Notes: generated from the sequence alone by a model not told the origin. Positions 11,400 through 25,076 are shown, counted from the first letter of the stretch. The stretch: 64,000 bases of DNA from Octopus vulgaris (GCA_951406725.2 OX597837.1:20708001-20772000); one strand, 5' to 3'. A program made the numbers and translations.

Positions 11400-13080
11400 T
11401 GCATCGTTGAGCGTTGGACGGACGGACCGGTTAAATTGACCGGAGTCTGGTTCGGTCCGGACCTCCAGATGGACAAACACTGGGACGAGATAACGAGCAG
11501 AGTGCCTACTCTCACCCAGAAAGGGGTCTAGAGAAAGCTATCCCTGAAAGGTCGGGCAGAGGTGTCTAACGCGTATATCGCGTCTGTCATTCCCTATCGC
11601 TTGACCGTCGTGTCTTGTCCTGGCCACCCTCTGATTACGCTGGAGCTTCTTGTGGAAGGGACGCGTCCCGATATTCCGGCGGTCTGTCTGCTGTCAACAC
11701 CCGCTGAGTGGTGGCCTGGGAATGCCGTGGTTGATGATGCGCAGACATGCGGTGAGGCTACGACATCTGCAGTACTTCTTTGACAGTGGACAGGTGTGGT
11801 CGCCGTTCACCATACACGTATTTCCGCAGCTAGTTTCTCTAACGGAGCTGCAGTCCAGGGTATGACAGAGACCGACGGGAACAACTGGAAAGGGAAATGT
11901 CTTCAAGCGCTCACAGCCCACAGCCAATCGGACACTTTAGCTTTTGTAGAGGATTAGTGGAGGAAAAGTGCGACGACGTTCTTGGGAAGATTTTCGGCGT
12001 CGAAGATCTACTAGCCGCTCATTTTTGGAGCACTTTCGACCCGGGACCGATGGATAATTTCCCAAAATCTCTCGCCTAGCAGTGCTACCGGAGAGCTTTG
12101 CCTGTTCGAGATAAACTTTACATGCACGGAAGTGCCATCAGCCGAGCATGTCCAAGATGCGCGTAGGATGACGAGACAATCCTGCATGTACTCATCCAGT
12201 GCCCGAGCATTGCTGACCTGTGGATTTACGTCGAACACCTGCTGTCGCGTGCGGGACGGATTCAGCTTTCAACTGAATCCATCGTGAAGATCGCTCCGCC
12301 GTCTTCCTTTAACCGAGAAGGAAAAGTTGTTTTATATGCCTGGTGGCCATAGCGAAAGAGGTTGTCTGGTGGGCGAGATTGAAGGGGCTGAAGACAAACA
12401 CTTTTCTCTTTGACCAATCCCTGATGAACTTCTTCAAGTTTCAATTGAAAAGGAAAATAAGGGTAGAGAGGGAAGTGTTGTCCTCTAGCCAATTTGCTGA
12501 AAGGTGGATGAAAGTGGAGAAAAGGTGGCGAGCTGGGAGAAACGTTAGCGCGCCGGATGAAATGCTTAGCAGTATTTCGTCTGCCGCTACGTTCTGAGTT
12601 CAAATTCCGCCGAGATCGACTTTGCCTTTCATCCTTTCGGGGTCGATAAATTAAGTACCAGTTGCATACTGGGGTCGATCTAATCGACTTAATCCGTTTG
12701 CCTGTCCTTGGTTGTCCTCTCTGTGTTTAGCCTCTTGTGGGTAGTAAAGATATAGAAAGTGGAGAAAATGGTACGAGTGGACGGGCCTGCCCTCAGCGTA
12801 TGCCTGTTGTTGAAAACAAGGAAAGGAAAAAAGGCACCTGCCCCAAAAGTCAACGTACCCATGGCTTTTCTATGGGGTCTTTCTATGAGCAGCCCTCGAA
12901 CATTTCCTCCCTATTGAGGATCACACATTGTTGATTTTTAAAAATTTTCTTGGTCTTGTTTACACGCAAAATCCTCACAACACCGCCACACACACACACA
13001 CACACACACATTCTTTGTTTTGTTCTGTACAGTCCATAATGTTTTTCTTGATGTAAACCCTTATGGTTAATAAAGAAATC
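11400..13080 (+). mobile_element. Older Tx1-like LINE, 5'-truncated, with a SINE B insertion
   Basis: RKLSLKGRAEV..., WKGRVPIFRRSVCCQHPLSGGLGMPWL, CPRC...HVLIQC; ends ggttaataaagaaatc then (ATT)n. Confidence 0.85.
12524..12754 (+). mobile_element. tRNA-derived SINE family B with a 14-bp TSD
   Basis: TSD gaaagtggagaaaa at 12510-12523 and 12755-12768; B-box-like gagttcaaattcc. Confidence 0.92.
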
Positions 13081-13242
13081 ATCATTATTATTATTATTGC
13101 ATTTCATCCGTCTTTACGTCCAAAGATCAATTCCCGCCTAGACCGGATTTGTCTTTGACCCTCTCGGGTTCGATAAAATAAAATACTGGTTGAACACTAG
13201 AGTCGATGTAATCGATTTAACTCATCCCTCGAAATTTGAAAC

Positions 13243-13308
<66 letters not shown>

Positions 13309-13889
13309 CATCATCATCATCATCATTATTTCTATTATCATTACTATATTCAGCTTGTTCCTGCTTTACTTCCTGATTCACCCATGTCACCACATCATCA
13401 AGGGAGGCAATATCTCGAAATTAAAATTATATATACAGGGGAGAATGGGGAGAAAGAACAGAAACGAAACGAAACGGGCATAACTGAATCAGTGAATAGA
13501 AAGGGAAAACATGCAAGAGAGAGAGAGGGAGGAGTTCCATTTTACCAGAGAGAGTGAGGGAAAGGGAGAAGATCTATATTATTCTGCATTTGCGTGTTAA
13601 AATCGCCGGCACAATGGAAATATTGACATAATGAAACAATGTCATGAAGATATATAACTTTACACTTTAACAGATATATCGATGGATAGGTGAATTAAAA
13701 TAAAATAACCTTAGCAAATAGCTTTGGAAGTTACACTCTTATCTTTTACGTCAACCAGAGCAAAATCTGTGGCCATTCAAGGGCACTGCCAATATTAATT
13801 CTTTTTGTTTTGCTTTGTTATGCGCTTGTCGGTAGTATTAAAGTAAAAACATCGGCAAAAAGGAAAGTAGATATGATATTTAGAAAGAC

Positions 13890-14552
13890 AGACAAACAGT
13901 CAGGCAGGCAAAAGGCAGGCTGGCAGGAAAGCAGGCTAGCGGGCAGGCAGGCTGACAGTCAGGCAAGCAAGCAGATAGTCAGGCTACCAGGCGGGCAGGT
14001 ACTCTGATAGGCGGGCAGGCAAGCAAGCAAGCAGACTGACAGGCAAGCGGGCTGGCAAGCAAGCAAGCAGGTAAGAAGTTAGGCAGGCAGGTAAGCAGGT
14101 AGGCAGGCAGGCTGGCAGGCAAGCAGGTAGGCAGGCTGGCAGGCAAGCAAGCATGCAAGAAGGCAGGCAGGCAGGTAGGCAAGCAGGGAAGCAGGCAAAC
14201 AGATAGGCAGGCAAGCAGACAGGCAGGCAGGCTGGCTTGGCAAGCAAGCAAGCAGGTAAGAGGTTAGGCAGGCAGGCTTGCAGGCAGGCTAGCAGGCAAG
14301 CGGGCTGGCAGACAGGCAAGCTGACAATCAGGCTGGATGTCAGGCTGTAAGGCAGGCAGTCAAGCAGGTAAGTAGGCAGGCTGGCAGGCAAGCAAGCCAA
14401 CATGCAAACAGGCAGGCCGGCAGGCAAGCAGGCAGGCTGGCAGGCTTGCAGGCAAGCAAGCAAACATGCAAACAGGCAGGCCGGCAGGCAAGCAGGCAAG
14501 CAGGCAAGCAGGCAAGCAGGCAAGCAGGCAAGAAGACAGACAGGCAGGCATG
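13890..14552. repeat. Degenerate (GGCA/GCAA)n tetranucleotide satellite
   Basis: ~660 bp of caggcaggcaagcaag-type units; source of the PACL/LPAC ORFs. Confidence 0.95.
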
Positions 14553-15129
14553 TAGATGCATGTCATTTATATTACCTTTAGTTCATGCTGTTTGTAAATT
14601 ACATTCTATGATCACATACAATGCCTGTTTCATACACGTTTAAATTAGTTCGTGTTTTGTATTTCTGCTTCTATATGTATGTCGCATACATCTTCTATAG
14701 TCCCGTTTGTAATGTAGAATGTTTGCATCTTATTCAGTGGGTATGATGTTTTTGTTTTATGTACATATCATAATCATATAAAATATAGTTTGTATTTATT
14801 TACGTTGTAAATATGTAATAAAGATTGTAAATAACAAACATTTAATCAACATATGTGAATAAGTTTTATTTTTTTAATTTGTCTTTTCTTTCCTTAAACT
14901 GTAAAGTACATCGTATCTGTCGAATGTATTTCAAGGAGGTAAGTAAGAAATACCTTCAAAATTCATTTCAATTAGGTTTTAAAGTAGTGTTTTTATTAAA
15001 TGGCAGGATGTCAAAAGCAGTTTTTGGAACTCCTTGCTTGCGCTTAATATGCTAATATGATATTTTCACATGTGCTAACTTTTACCGTGAAATTTCCAAA
15101 CGTCCTGCTAGTTATTTATATTATTATCA

Positions 15130-15642
15130 TTATCCTCTTCTTTTGATTTTGCTTCCATTTCTTGCTGAGTGTCTTCCCAACACCCAGGACAAAGAAACTC
15201 ACTGTATACATTGGTAGGCTATTAGCATAAATACACCAGATTGTTCATTTACAAAATCATGCGATAGAAAAGGGGGAAGAAATAAAGAAACAAAAAGGAA
15301 AGAAAAATGTTTAAACTAGGGAAAAAATGAAAAAAACAACAAAGAAAACAAAGAAAAGAAAGGAAAGAAAATTCACAGCAACACCGTTCTTCTCAATGCG
15401 TGTGATGTACCAGTTAGAACACATTTTGCACTTCTTGCATGGATGGTAAGCCAGAGATCATCCTCAAATAATTTTCAGTTTCTTTTTCGACCATTCCAAG
15501 TGCTTCTACAATCACTGGCATCGTAACCGTTTTGATGCCACATTGTTTCTATTTCAATCAGCAAATCTTTATATTTTCTGAGCTTACCAAATTCTTTTGC
15601 TGAAGTATTATGATCACAAGGTATGCTCTATCAATCAATAAA
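15130..15642 (-). mobile_element. Dong/R4-clade LINE 3' fragment
   Basis: Minus strand SIPCDHNTSAKEFGKLRKYKDLLIEIETMW...PVIVEALG; ends in ataatgataata. Confidence 0.8.
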
Positions 15643-15679
15643 TTATAATAGTGAACATGTAAATAATTACTCAGAATGA

Positions 15680-18600
15680 TTAATAAGTGGCGTTATGAAA
15701 CCGTCGAGTCGTCAGCGACTAAACCGGAAAACCCACTAAGCTTGCTTGGTAAGGGGCTGGATTTTCGACACCCTGCGGGATTAAAAACAAAACCCGGCAA
15801 AGGGCAGAGGAACTCAGAAGAGTTAATGGCCATTCCAAAAACTGGTAGACGGAACTCGTGAGCCTTGGTTGGCAGTCTCTTTTGGAGAAGGAACACTCTG
15901 ACTTAAAACTGGAGCAGATAGGACTCCTTAGTCACAGTGGTGACAGCCTGTCAGTGTCCAACGGCTCCATGCTTGAGATGAAGATGAATTAACCGCGAAT
16001 CAGGACTTAATTCTGGAGCAATATTTGGCTGACGATACGGGACCAACTGATGCTCACCTGCCTCCCAGTGAGAATCATGATCATGGACCCCAACACAAAG
16101 AAATGCGGAGGAAAAAGGCCTAACTTATGGGTAGTAAGAGCTCTGCAGTCTTGGTTGACAATCTTACTAGAGATGGTGTCTCGATAAAAATACCGGTTGG
16201 TGGCTAACCTTAAAACACAAACCTCATTGTTGAATGAAAATGTCTAACACAAATGTATCAAATAACGGTGTTAATGAGGCTGGAACCAAAGGTGAAAACC
16301 TTTCGCCAGCAAGTGTCTCGTGGTAGAGCAGTGCAGTCCCGGTCGTCATCCAGGGACTGGTTGTACATAAAGCCAGAACCAAAGAAGAAGGTGAGATAAG
16401 GAGGCAAACCGAACGGTAATTGAATGTGGGATCAGGAGGGATCCCAGTAGAAGGAGATTCCGACAACGAATGAAAGTAAAATAGAATGGAATGGGACACT
16501 CCGAAATAAGTGCGCAACGGTTAGTTGACCAGGCAAGAGCAATAAGAGCAAAAGGGTGGTTAACAGACATGGAAATTGAAGAGATAAAGATGAAAGTAGA
16601 AAATCGAAATAATACTTCACCAACCGATTACGTGCCCAGTGAGAACAAAGAAATGAATGGTGGCAGGGAAGATGTAGAACAAAGTGTAAATGTAAATGTA
16701 TTCTCAGTAAATGAAGCAGAAGTAATAATATGATGACAAGATAACCAACAAGATTTAGTGAGGATGCTGAGCCGACATATTATAGAAGACCAGGATCAAG
16801 CAAACCCCATCACACACACACACACAATCAGAGGTATATTGATCAATGCATTGATTCGGTCCTTGGACTATTCCAGGGTAGAAATATAACCGAAACTAAT
16901 AAGATTATTTGGGATGCAGTAACGGTTGCTGCAGACAGAGTTGGATACAAAAGAAGAGAAAAAAGAGAACGTAAAAAACCATTCTGGTGTAGACGAATTT
17001 GTGAGAGACAAAGTTAAGAAGATATTTAGGACAAGTTGATATGCTAAGAAGAGGGCAATTGCAGGAGGAAAGCATAAGAATAATGCTGGAAAGAACACAT
17101 AGAATAAGAGATAAAAGGGTATGATGTGATATTGGAAGAATTGAAACAGGGTAGTAGCAATCAAAGCAAAACTGGAAAGACGTGAAAATAGAACAAAATA
17201 ATTCAGGCAAAACAGATTGTTTGAAGCAATTCAGAAGGAAGGGTTTCAGGAACTAGATGGGCAATTACACGTAGCAGAGGGAAGCAGGGCATTCTGGAGA
17301 TGGATCTGGGACCAATCCGTAGAGCATAATGACGAAGCGGAGTGGCTGCATGATATCCAAGATAGGTTAAGAAAAATAGAAGTCCGAGAAGACATACAAA
17401 TAACTACAGAAATGATTAAAAAAAAAAGCAATTAAAAAATTCCCAAATTGGAAGAACCCAGGACTGTATGGAGTCCAAGGTTATTGGATGAAGAAGCTGA
17501 GAGGGCTCCATGAAAAGGTAGCGCAACAGCGAGCTGAGTGCTTGCAGAAAGACGAAATAACCAGCTGGATGATAAAGGGAAAGACATTGCTGTGTGCCAA
17601 GGGTCCTGAAAAGGGAAATGTTGCATCCAACTTTAGACCAATAACGTGCCTTCCGCTAACGTGGAAACTAATGTCAGGTGCATTGGACGGTGAACTGTAT
17701 AGATACCTGGGAAACAGTGGACTGCTACTTACTGAACAGAAAGCGTGCCGAAAGAGGAGCCGGGGAACGAAGGATCAGTTCTTAAGTGGTAATCTAATTA
17801 TCAGGAACTGCAAGAGAAGACACAAACTTGAGCATGACATGGGTTGACTATCGTAAAGCATACGCTATGATACCATACTCCTGAATAATAAAAAAACAAT
17901 GGAAATATATGGAGTAGCAGAAAATATGAGAAGCCTTATATGGAATAGCATGAAATGCTGAAGAACGGAATTGACAGCAGGGAATCAAGTATTGGAGAGG
18001 TGAAAATCAAGAGAGGTATCTTCAAGTTGGGGTATTATCTGGGAAGAGATAAGGGAAAACTGAACCACTTGCTATTCATGGACGACCTGAAGCTGTTCAG
18101 AAAAACTGAGGCAGAACTGGACAGTCTGTGCGAATGATATTAAGATGGAGCTTGGACTCTCAAAATGTTCTGCGATGGTGATGAGACGAGGAAAACTTTT
18201 CAGAACAGATGGCATATGGTTGCTAAGTGGTGAAATGATGAATGCAATTCAACCTCAATCCAGCTATAAATACCAGGGAATACTTGAGGCAGATGGAATA
18301 AGATACAATGACATGAAGGAAAAGACAAAACGAGAATATTTGCGGCGAGTGAGAAAAATATTGGGTTCAAATCTAAATACCAGAAACCTAATTTCCAAAA
18401 TAAACTCGTGCGCAGTCACGGTAGTTCGGTATGGTGCTGGAATCCTAAAGTGAACAGAGGAGGAACTAAAGGAGATGGACAGGAAGTCAATAAAGCTTCT
18501 AACGATGCATAGTAGCCAACATCCACGCATGGACATTGATCGTCTACACATGAAGAGAGCAAATGGAGGAAGCGGACTGATAAGTGTAGAAGACTGCGTG

Positions 18601-19345
18601 CGTTTCGAACTCGAAAGCTTACTGAGATACCTAACCCAAAGTAAGGAACCCCTTCTAGTTATAGTTAGGAACGAGGGAGTATTGAAAGCAGAGGAAACAG
18701 GAAAAACAAAGGAAGAATTACAAACAGGAGATGAAGAAGAATTACGCAAGAAGGGACTATACAATCAATGCAATGTAGCCACAGCAGAAGTTGCTGGAAA
18801 AAATAGGTGGGATTGGCTGATAAAAGGAACCCTAAAAAAAGAGACCGAGGGCACTATACTGGCAGCGCAGGACCAAGCTTTGGCCACGAACTGGAGGGTC
18901 AACCTTAGGAATGAGCAAGTGTCTCAGCTGTGCCGCATCTGCAATAGAATGGATGAAATCATTGGCCATATCATGAACGAATTCCCTAGACTTACCGAAA
19001 ACCACTACAAGTTGTGGCAACACGATCAGGTAGCGAAAGTGCTACATTAGAAACTATGCCAAAAGTGGAGGCTAGAAAGAGGCAGGACGTGGTATGAGTA
19101 CAAACCGGAGAGAGTGGCGGAGTCGGAGACTAGCAAAATCCTCTGGGATCTTCCAATCTGCTCTCCTGGGGACAGCTAGGATTTTGAGATTGGTACATTA
19201 AATGTTGACTGTCTCCCACGACAATTAACAATCAAATATCAAGGCTTATAACGTGTAGTTGACCTCTGACAGGAGGCTGATGTCCGCTCTCCCAGAATTT
19301 ACCAGAACAGGCAAGACCGAACGTTTTGAGAAATAAAACAATAAT
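15680..19345 (+). mobile_element. Dong/R4-clade LINE, near full-length but decayed
   Basis: RT motifs NFRPITCLP, GTKDQ, LNHLLFMDDLKLF and GLSKC; later ETEGTILAAQDQAL, CRIC...HIMNE and HDQVAKVLH; many stops and frameshifts; endonuclease partly deleted. Confidence 0.92.
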
Positions 19346-19352
19346 ATTGATA

Positions 19353-19800
19353 AGGCGAGCTGGCCGAATCGTTAGCACGTCGGGCAAAATGCTTAGCGGC
19401 ATTTCGTTCGTCTTGAAGTTCTGAGTTCAAATTCTGCCGATGTCGATCTTGCCTTGCACTATTTCCGGGTCGATAAAAGAAGTACCAGTTGAACACTGGG
19501 GTCGATTTTGATGTCTTTGCGCTAAAGTTTGAAACTATTATCGTTATGACTATTATTCATTTTATTCTCTATCTTAAGGCGATAAACTGGCAGAATCGTT
19601 AGCACACCGGGTGAACTGCTTTGCGGCATTTCGTCTGCCGCTGCGTTTTGAGTTCAAATTCCGCCGAAGTCGACTTTGCCTGTCATCCTTTCGAGGTCGA
19701 TAAATTAAGTACCAGAGACACACTGGGGTCGACGTAATCGACTCATCCTCGCCCTCTCTCACACACACAAATTGCTGCCCTTGTGGCAAAATTTGAAACC
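19353..19800 (+). mobile_element. Two adjacent SINE B copies (alternative tail ...aaaatttgaaacc)
   Basis: Heads ggcgagctggccgaatcgttagcac (~19353) and ggcgataaactggcagaatcgttagcac (~19578). Confidence 0.88.
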
Positions 19801-20157
19801 AGGATTGCCCCGCCGACTTCCTTTAACAAAGAGGGAAAGGCCGGTTTCCTGTGTCTAGTGGCTGTAGTGAAAGAGGTGGTATGGTGGACCCGTTTGAAAG
19901 AGCTAAGGTCAGACACTTTCCTCTTTGGCCAAGGCCTCATCAACTTTTCAAGTTTCACTTTTATGAGTTTTTCCACGAGTAACCTTTCGAAGCGCCTCCC
20001 CCTATCGGGAATTTCATTTGTTATATTTTCGTTGTTATCTCTGGAATTTTTACACGTTTTTTTTGCAAACGGACAAAACCCTTTGTAACTTTTGTCCTGT
20101 GTTTTGTCCCTTTATGTTTTAATTAATTTTTGTCAGCCCTTGTGGCCAATAAACGAA
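19801..20157 (+). mobile_element. Tx1-like LINE 3' fragment fused directly to a SINE B tail, followed by (ATT)n
   Basis: IAPPTSFNKEGKAGFLCLVAVVKEVVWWTRLK; ends cagcccttgtggccaataaacg. Confidence 0.8.
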
Positions 20158-20160
20158 TTA

Positions 20161-20252
<92 letters not shown>

Positions 20253-20299
20253 GAGGAGGAGGAGGAGGAGGAGGAAGAAGAAGCGGCGGCAGCAATAGT

Positions 20300-20960
20300 T
20301 GTTATTGCGTGCTTTCACCGTTCTACTGGACACTGCTTTGTGTACCATGGTCACATGCAGGGATTCCTTTCGTTGTTTTCTATTGTATCATATATGGATG
20401 CAGTTCTCAGTTGCGTCATCTTCCGTGTATTGTATATATTTGTCAGTCCTTTGGGTTTTAGTAGTATATTTGTTAACTTCTTGCTTTGGCTGTTTTTTTC
20501 CTTTTTAATTATTCCCAAGGAACCTGTTATCAAATAGCGCTTATATCAAACGTCCATTATCCACATTCTTGCCATTTATATCTCCATATTGTTAGATTCG
20601 AAAATTTCTCAGTTGCTTTCAACTTATTTTAATCGCTATTGAGATTGATACTTCGATCAAAACTCACTGCCTTCTTATATACTCCTTAAGAACAATATCC
20701 AGCCATTTAGTCTTAACATCTATTTGTATCGATTGGTAGGTATATCCCAGAGAATTGTCGTTTTGTCATTTTCCGAGTCATTTTCTCCTGGTATTTCATA
20801 AATCTAGCATAACGAAACCTATGGTAGCATGCTAGACGAAATGGAGCTTTCATTTACATCATTTTTTAATTTTTTCTTTTAGTCTGTTCAGATGAATTTC
20901 TCAACTTTGAATATATGTTGGATATTTTTAGCTAATTTCTTAAAAATCAACAACTCAACA
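20300..20960 (-). mobile_element. Dong/R4-clade LINE 3' fragment, decayed
   Basis: Terminus ...gtgaaagcacgc as at 60278-60289; minus-strand ITGSLGIIKK remnant. Confidence 0.7.
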
Positions 20961-21150
20961 CGTATATGCAAATTAGCTGACCTCGTGTGAAATAAAAATC
21001 GTTTCATGCATAATAACTATGAGTGGTACACTGAACGGCTTAATGTTTCAATGGTCACATGTTCGTGTTGCGTTAGTCTCTTAGTCATATATGTGTAAAC
21101 TCACACACACACATACTTCTATCACAGCAAATATATACATACATTTATAA

Positions 21151-21271
<121 letters not shown>

Positions 21272-21402
21272 GACGTAGTTCTCTTTTCTCTTTCGTTCTG
21301 CATACATGTTTATACACACACACGCGCCCACACACATGCACACACACACACACACACACACGCCCACACACATGCACACACACACACACGCCCACACACA
21401 TG

Positions 21403-21434
<32 letters not shown>

Positions 21435-22019
21435 GAGAGAGAGAGAGGGAGAGGGTGAGGGGGAGAGAAAGAGAGAGATTATGGAGATGAGTGTATTCTT
21501 CGTCACTTTGCATGTTACCAACCTCAAAAGGAAACACTTTGTACTCCCCACCTGATGGCTTTTAATTAAGAATGTAGCGCAAAAGAGTTTGGTAAATGTC
21601 TTTGAGAATTTCATTTCAATGAAGAATTTTCGTTTCTACCGCACTTCTTATTGAAATTCCACTCCAACCCGCTTCGTTCTTTTCAAAACGAAGACAATCC
21701 GAGTTAATTGCCAGAGTTACATAGAGAGACTTGGAATCTTAAAGTGTGGAACAACGCCAAACTTTTGATCTCCTAAACACACACACACACACATACACAC
21801 ACACATACACACACACACACACACACATGCACACACGCTCACCCATACACACACACACACGCTTACTCAAGTCACTCACTCACTCTCTGTCTCTCCCTCT
21901 GTCTGTCCCCCTCTCTCTCTCTCTCTCTCTCTCTCTCCCCTTTCTTTCATTCTTTCATTCTTTCCGTATCTTTCTTTCCAATGCTTTCATCTTCTTTGTT
22001 TCCATCCCTGTTACTCTCG

Positions 22020-22582
22020 TTCTCTCTGTCTCTCTGTCTCACTCTCTCTGTCTCATTCTCTCTATCTCTCTGTCTCACTCTCTCTGTCTCTCTGTCTCAT
22101 TCTCTCTGTCTCATTCTCTCTATCTCTCTGTCTCACTCTCTCTGTCTCTCTGTCTCATTCTCTCTATCTCTCGGTCTCACTCTCTCTGTCTCACTCTCTC
22201 TGTCTCTCTGTCTCATTCTCTCTATCTCTCTGTCTCATTCTCTCTATCTCTCTGTCTCATTCTCTCTATCTCTCTGTCTCACTCTCTCTGTCTCATTCTC
22301 TCTATCTCTCTGTCTCACTCTCTCTGTCTCACTCTCTCTGTCTCTCTGTCTCATTCTCTCTATCTCTCTGTCTCACTCTCTCTGTCTCTCTGTCTCATTC
22401 TCTCTATCTCTCTGTCTCATTCTCTCTATCTCTCTGTCTCATTCTCTCTATCTCTCTGTCTCACTCTCTCTGTCTCACTCTCTCTGTCTCACTCTCTCTG
22501 TCTCACTCTCTCTGTCTCACTCTCTCTGTCTCTGTCTCATTCTCTCTATCTCTCTGTCTCATTCTCTCTATCTCTCTGTCTC
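22020..22582. repeat. CT-rich compound minisatellite (tctctctgtctca[tc]tctctc units)
   Basis: Higher-order repetition of ~14-30 bp pyrimidine units. Confidence 0.92.
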
Positions 22583-23103
22583 CGCCTTTAGCTAGCAGAC
22601 ACGCACTACATGTCAGTCTGTTTCTGTCTCACCCTCTCTTTCTCTCACTCTCTCCCCTCTCTCTCTCTCTTTCTTTCTTTCTCTCTCATTCATTCCCTGA
22701 CTCTTTCGTCTCTGCTCCTTCAATCTCCCCTCTCTTTATTGACTATCCCCATCTCTCTCTCCTCACCCTCTCACTCTCACTCCCTCTCTTTTTCTCTCTA
22801 TCTCTTTCATGCCTACACACACACTGACAAAAAGCAACTCTCTGTCACATACACACACATATATTCAAACAGATAAATTCACACATAGATGTACACGCTA
22901 GATACACACATGCACACACACACACACACACACGCACGCACACACACGCGCTTATTCTGACGCTCATTCACGTACTCGCACTCGTTCTCTCTCTTTCTCT
23001 CTTTCGTTCTCTATCTTCTTTTTTTCTTTCTTTCCTTCTCTCTTTCTCTCTTACTCTCTCTTCCTGTTCGTCTGTCTGTTTCACTCACTCACTCTCTCAC
23101 TCA

Positions 23104-23147
<44 letters not shown>

Positions 23148-23174
23148 CTATCTGTCTATCTATCTATCTATCTG

Positions 23175-23230
<56 letters not shown>

Positions 23231-23237
23231 AGTATCA

Positions 23238-23274
<37 letters not shown>

Positions 23275-24255
23275 TCTCACACACACACACAACTAATACT
23301 CTTTTATTTTCTGTCTCTCTTCCATCCAAACAACACACTCCTTCTTCCCCGCCCTCTGTCTTTCTCTGTCTCTGATTTTCTCTCACTGTCTTTCTCTGCC
23401 CCATCTCTCTCTACCCCCTCTCTCTGTCTCTCAGTCTTTCTCTGTCCCTCTCTCCTTTTCACACTTATTTTTCCACACTTTCTCAAAATCTACTTTCATT
23501 TTTACTTTCCTTCTCTCTCTCTATGTCTCACTCACACACATACAAACGTATACGTACACAGCACACGCACACAGATGCACATACGCATACGTGCACATGC
23601 ACACATAGGCAACATAAAAACACACACACACACACACACACACACAGCACCAATGGTACAGGACCAATTCTGAATATTGCAATGCATTTATTAAAACCGG
23701 GTGATTAGCACGGATCACGGTTAAACACTACAGCAGTACCTTTAATCCGGCTTATGGTTGAGGACCTCGCTATGCAACCGCGGCACCTTGGGTGTGTCGT
23801 GTCTTCTATTGTTGCCCCGGACTTATCAATGGCTTGCGAGTGAACTCGGTAGATGGAAACTGTGCGGAAGCCTGCCGAGTGTACTGGTCCTAGATAAAGA
23901 TTAAGTAAATCTCCCCTTCGTATTAATCATTTGGAATACACTCAAAGTGCAACAAGGAATTCCTTACGTACATCCAGCGACGAAAGTGCACAACCCCGGA
24001 TGACGCCTGGTAGCCGCAAGCGGTGAACGTGCTCTGGAGGCACACTGCAAGGGACATTCCCATAATAAGGTTTGGATGCTACACCTTAAGATCTCCTACC
24101 TAAACTTTATCTTTAAATACAACATATGTGTGTGTGAGTACATATGTACATATATGTATATATCATACATACACACACACATATATATAATATAATATAA
24201 TATGATATAATATATATATATATATTATTCAAGATAAACAACAAGAATAACTTCG

Positions 24256-24350
24256 GTAATTTGGTACGATCGTTTCACACTACGTCATTTTATTAAATGT
24301 TGTAAGTATTACAACAGTTTTAAAATGTTGAGCAATCATCAGCCATTAAT
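24256..24350 (-). ncRNA. Type-I hammerhead motif with an extended stem II
   Basis: Minus strand: taatgg-CTGATGA-[long hairpin including tgttgtaa/ttacaaca and catttta/taaaatg]-GAA-ACGATCGT-A-ccaaatta; palindromic stem III, GUA triplet. Confidence 0.7.
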
Positions 24351-24404
24351 AGAAGTTTTCCATTAATACAAAATTTTCATATCATTCATATCATTCATGC
24401 TGAA

Positions 24405-24472
<68 letters not shown>

Positions 24473-24473
24473 T

Positions 24474-24655
24474 ATATAATATGTGACAAATATTCGGTTG
24501 CTATAATAAGAGTCCGAGTTTCGGATGTCGGGGCGGAAACTCGGAGTCTTATTATGGCAACCGAATAATTGTCACATATTATATTTACAGACAAATTCCT
24601 CTATTTACATAATATCGAGGTCTCATTCATTATCTTGTTGTCTTACCATTACTAT
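24474..24655 (+). mobile_element. Fold-back Penelope pLTR-like element in (TA)n (49-bp inverted arms)
   Basis: Arms 24474-24522 and 24536-24584; contains the hammerhead 3' half GAAACTCGGAGTC; same family as 25077-25394. Confidence 0.7.
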
Positions 24656-24679
24656 TAATATATATATATATATATATAT

Positions 24680-25005
24680 TGTTACGATCAGGCAAATTCT
24701 TATGTATGAAAGGGGTGAAGTTCTGAACGCAACAACAGAAATTGTACAACCATTGAATTAATATTCAAAGATGAAATTATGTAACAAAAGCTATAATACT
24801 CAAAGAATTTCACGCCCAGTCCGCGATTGTTCAAAGGTAGGTGGTAAACGGTCCGATCCGTATGCAGCTCTCTCCCGTATTTTGCACTATCCATCCAGGC
24901 AATGCTATTACTGTATTCTGAACTCCCCCCCCCCCAGTTCGATTTTCTGTTTCTCTTTTGAACAGGGAGTAAACTAGATTACCTGTCTCGTTCCTTGCTC
25001 ACTTC

Positions 25006-25010
<5 letters not shown>
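24680..25010 (-). mobile_element. Possible partial solo LTR
   Basis: Unique-complexity island between (TA)n tracts; one end is tgttacg (…taaca on the minus strand) as in gypsy LTR termini; the other end is not recognisable. Confidence 0.3.
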
Positions 25011-25076
<66 letters not shown>

